Below, in pieces: positions 32,254 to 33,968 of a DNA stretch of 33,968 nucleotides. The stretch is from a virus. Position 1 is the first letter of the stretch; each line of letters opens with the position of its first letter. The position numbers and the translations under genes were made by a program. The stretch is taken from the IMG/VR virus record IMGVR_UViG_3300034375_008105; one strand, written 5' to 3'. The notes under the pieces were generated by a model, which was not told the DNA's origin, did no database searches, and saw only the letters and a list, made by a program, of their open reading frames with translations.

Positions 32254-33968
32254 TGTTCGACGCTCCCGGACTGGAATATATCGAACCCGCTAGGCTGATC
32301 GACAGCAAGCTCAGCCCAAGGAATGATGAAAGGGTTGTTATTTGTATCGAAAATAGCATTACCATTTTGGTCAACAAACAAAATACCATCCCCGTCAGGG
32401 CTTGTTATAGGCGTAGGCCTCAACGCAGATAGATAAACCTCCTCTCTGTCTTCAGGGTTTACAACTTGGCTAGACTCCGGGACTCTTAAATTAAACTCCC
32501 CCGCCTTGATTCGATCTAAGGCATTATCTATCCCTAACTCAACATTATCAGCATTTACCTTAGCCGGTACTCTATAAGTATCTTTAAACGTAAATCGAGA
32601 ATCTAAAACATCAGCCTTTGCTTGATTTATGGCGTCGCCAGTATCATCAAATACACCATCAGCCATGTATTTCATTGATAGAGTTTCTATGGCTGTTTTA
32701 TGCTGGATAAAAGCCGCCTCAGCTCCTGGTTGCCCTCTCAGAGTGCTCTGAAAGTCTTCAAGCTCCTCTATTGTATCGGCCTTTATATCCTTAAAATTAT
32801 CATCCCCTATAACCTCTTTATAGGTTTTCTGCGGTAATGATAACGCCTCACTTAGCCTTACAGCCTCAGGCCCAAAATCCATGCCAGCCAGTACGCGAAG
32901 CCCGGCACCCATTTTAATATTACTTTGTAACTGCCTCTGAACCGCTGTCCACTCTGAGCCGAAAGCTGTTTTCATGGAATCGATTTGTAACACCACATTT
33001 TTGCCGCCTTGGCTGAAGTCATTCAACACTGAAGCAAAGTTGTTCTCTAACTCCTTTGGAAGTAATTGCACACCAGCGGGTTTTACACCCAAGTCCTCTT
33101 GAGATGTTCTCTGTATAGCCGAGAATTCTTGTGCAGCCTGATTTATTGCTGCTTGATCACCGGACTGAAGCGCATTAGTTAGACTTTTAAATGAATCTTT
33201 TGCTAGGTCGCTGTTATTAATTACATACTTCGAAGGATCTTCAGCAATAGCCTTATTTCTAACTTTGATAGCCCCATCGAGAATAGCTAACTGCCTGGAC
33301 TCGCGACGAAACTCCTCTTGGCCTTCAGGCGTCTCTCGCTCCACTATGGCCGCCAGCTCTTTAGTGCTGGCTGTTTTGATCTCATTTAAAGTATTGCCGA
33401 AGTCGCGAGCATCCTTTATTTGCTCATTTATTGCGCCGCCCTGCTCACCAAACACAGCAGAAACATTGGTCGGACTAAACTTCTCTGATAAATCTTCGCT
33501 ATCCTTGCCTGATGATAGAAACGCCACATAATCATCAAGCGCTGAAGCAAATTGTTTCTTTTGAGCTGCGCCTCTCTGTTTTATATCAAGCTCGGCTGCT
33601 GACATAATCCGGCCCAACGTATTAGCGTCTGTAAGCTGATCCCACTTCCCATCCTTAATCTCAGAGATTACAGAAACGGAATCACCAGATTTAATGCGCC
33701 CACCTAATGAGCTGGATACGATTTGATTAAAGGTAGACGTCCTTAGCTTGTCGATATCAACAACACCCCCGGCAGTCTCTTCAAGGCCAACAATAGCAGC
33801 CTCAGCCCTTGCCACCGCTTCAGGCACACTGGTTCGTCCGGCTAATACTTCGGATTGAATATCATCTAAACCGCTTTGCGCAGAGTTAACCCGTCGCTGT
33901 ACGTTTAAGTTTGACTGGTGGCGTGTATACCCGGGAAAGAACTTGCGACTAAAAGCGTTATCAGCCTG
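32250..33968 (-). CDS. C-terminal part of the 687-aa wrap-around gene. The N-terminal part is 444..1.
   Basis: The track M at 33827 is an internal GTG (Val). The frame stays open from 33827 up to 33968, which I checked codon by codon for 33825-33869, and is in phase with 444..1. Confidence 0.8.
   Translation of the reverse strand, partial: QADNAFSRKFFPGYTRHQSNLNVQRRVNSAQSGLDDIQSEVLAGRTSVPEAVARAEAAIVGLEETAGGVVDIDKLRTSTFNQIVSSSLGGRIKSGDSVSVISEIKDGKWDQLTDANTLGRIMSAAELDIKQRGAAQKKQFASALDDYVAFLSSGKDSEDLSEKFSPTNVSAVFGEQGGAINEQIKDARDFGNTLNEIKTASTKELAAIVERETPEGQEEFRRESRQLAILDGAIKVRNKAIAEDPSKYVINNSDLAKDSFKSLTNALQSGDQAAINQAAQEFSAIQRTSQEDLGVKPAGVQLLPKELENNFASVLNDFSQGGKNVVLQIDSMKTAFGSEWTAVQRQLQSNIKMGAGLRVLAGMDFGPEAVRLSEALSLPQKTYKEVIGDDNFKDIKADTIEELEDFQSTLRGQPGAEAAFIQHKTAIETLSMKYMADGVFDDTGDAINQAKADVLDSRFTFKDTYRVPAKVNADNVELGIDNALDRIKAGEFNLRVPESSQVVNPEDREEVYLSALRPTPITSPDGDGILFVDQNGNAIFDTNNNPFIIPWAELAVDQPSGFDIFQSGSVEQ
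33870..33968. repeat. Right copy of the 99-bp terminal direct repeat.
   Basis: Identical to 1-99. Confidence 0.95.

Overview
The window is a complete double-stranded DNA phage genome. Bases 1-99 are identical to 33870-33968, so the unique length is 33,869 bp and the contig closes on itself. A minus-strand ORF (687 aa when joined) runs in phase through that junction and is split by the linearisation point.

Gene content points to a tailless-sheath, podovirus-type phage of a Gram-negative host. All calls rest on motif recognition by eye; no database search was possible.

Layout:
- **Virion and lysis block, minus strand (about 25.86-33.97 kb, wrapping to 1-12.1 kb).** In transcription order: TerS, TerL, a GNAT acetyltransferase, a Gly/Ala-rich protein, portal, a Zn-ribbon protein, a Bbp19-like protein, scaffold, major capsid, decoration protein, adaptor, nozzle-like protein, four internal-virion-type proteins, tail fibre, fibre chaperone, M15 endolysin and holin.
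- **Leftward early/middle block, minus strand (12.1-21.7 kb).** Arc-like ribbon-helix-helix (RHH) protein, Rha/KilAC antirepressor-like protein, Cro-like HTH protein, replication initiator, DnaB, DUF2591/DUF1367/YbcO/RusA nin-type genes, a 37-repeat pentapeptide-repeat protein, a PAPS-reductase-like protein and membrane proteins.
- **Rightward early operon, plus strand (21.88-25.75 kb).** Six orphan genes followed by a Rad52-type annealing protein, a Gp157-family protein and SSB.

No integrase, CI-type repressor, tRNA, rRNA, CRISPR array or transposase was seen.

Observations most worth a second look:
- the phage pentapeptide-repeat gene, built from a near-perfect 15-bp tandem array;
- a P22 immI-like arc / antisense-RNA / ant arrangement;
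- a second oop-like antisense unit next to the replication initiator;
- iteron-like repeats inside the initiator gene;
- a 471-bp ORF-free, highly structured region at 14.28-14.75 kb.

Several ORF-track starts (TTG or GTG extensions) were trimmed to starts that have a Shine-Dalgarno (SD) sequence. Four sub-60-aa ORFs missed by the track are proposed.
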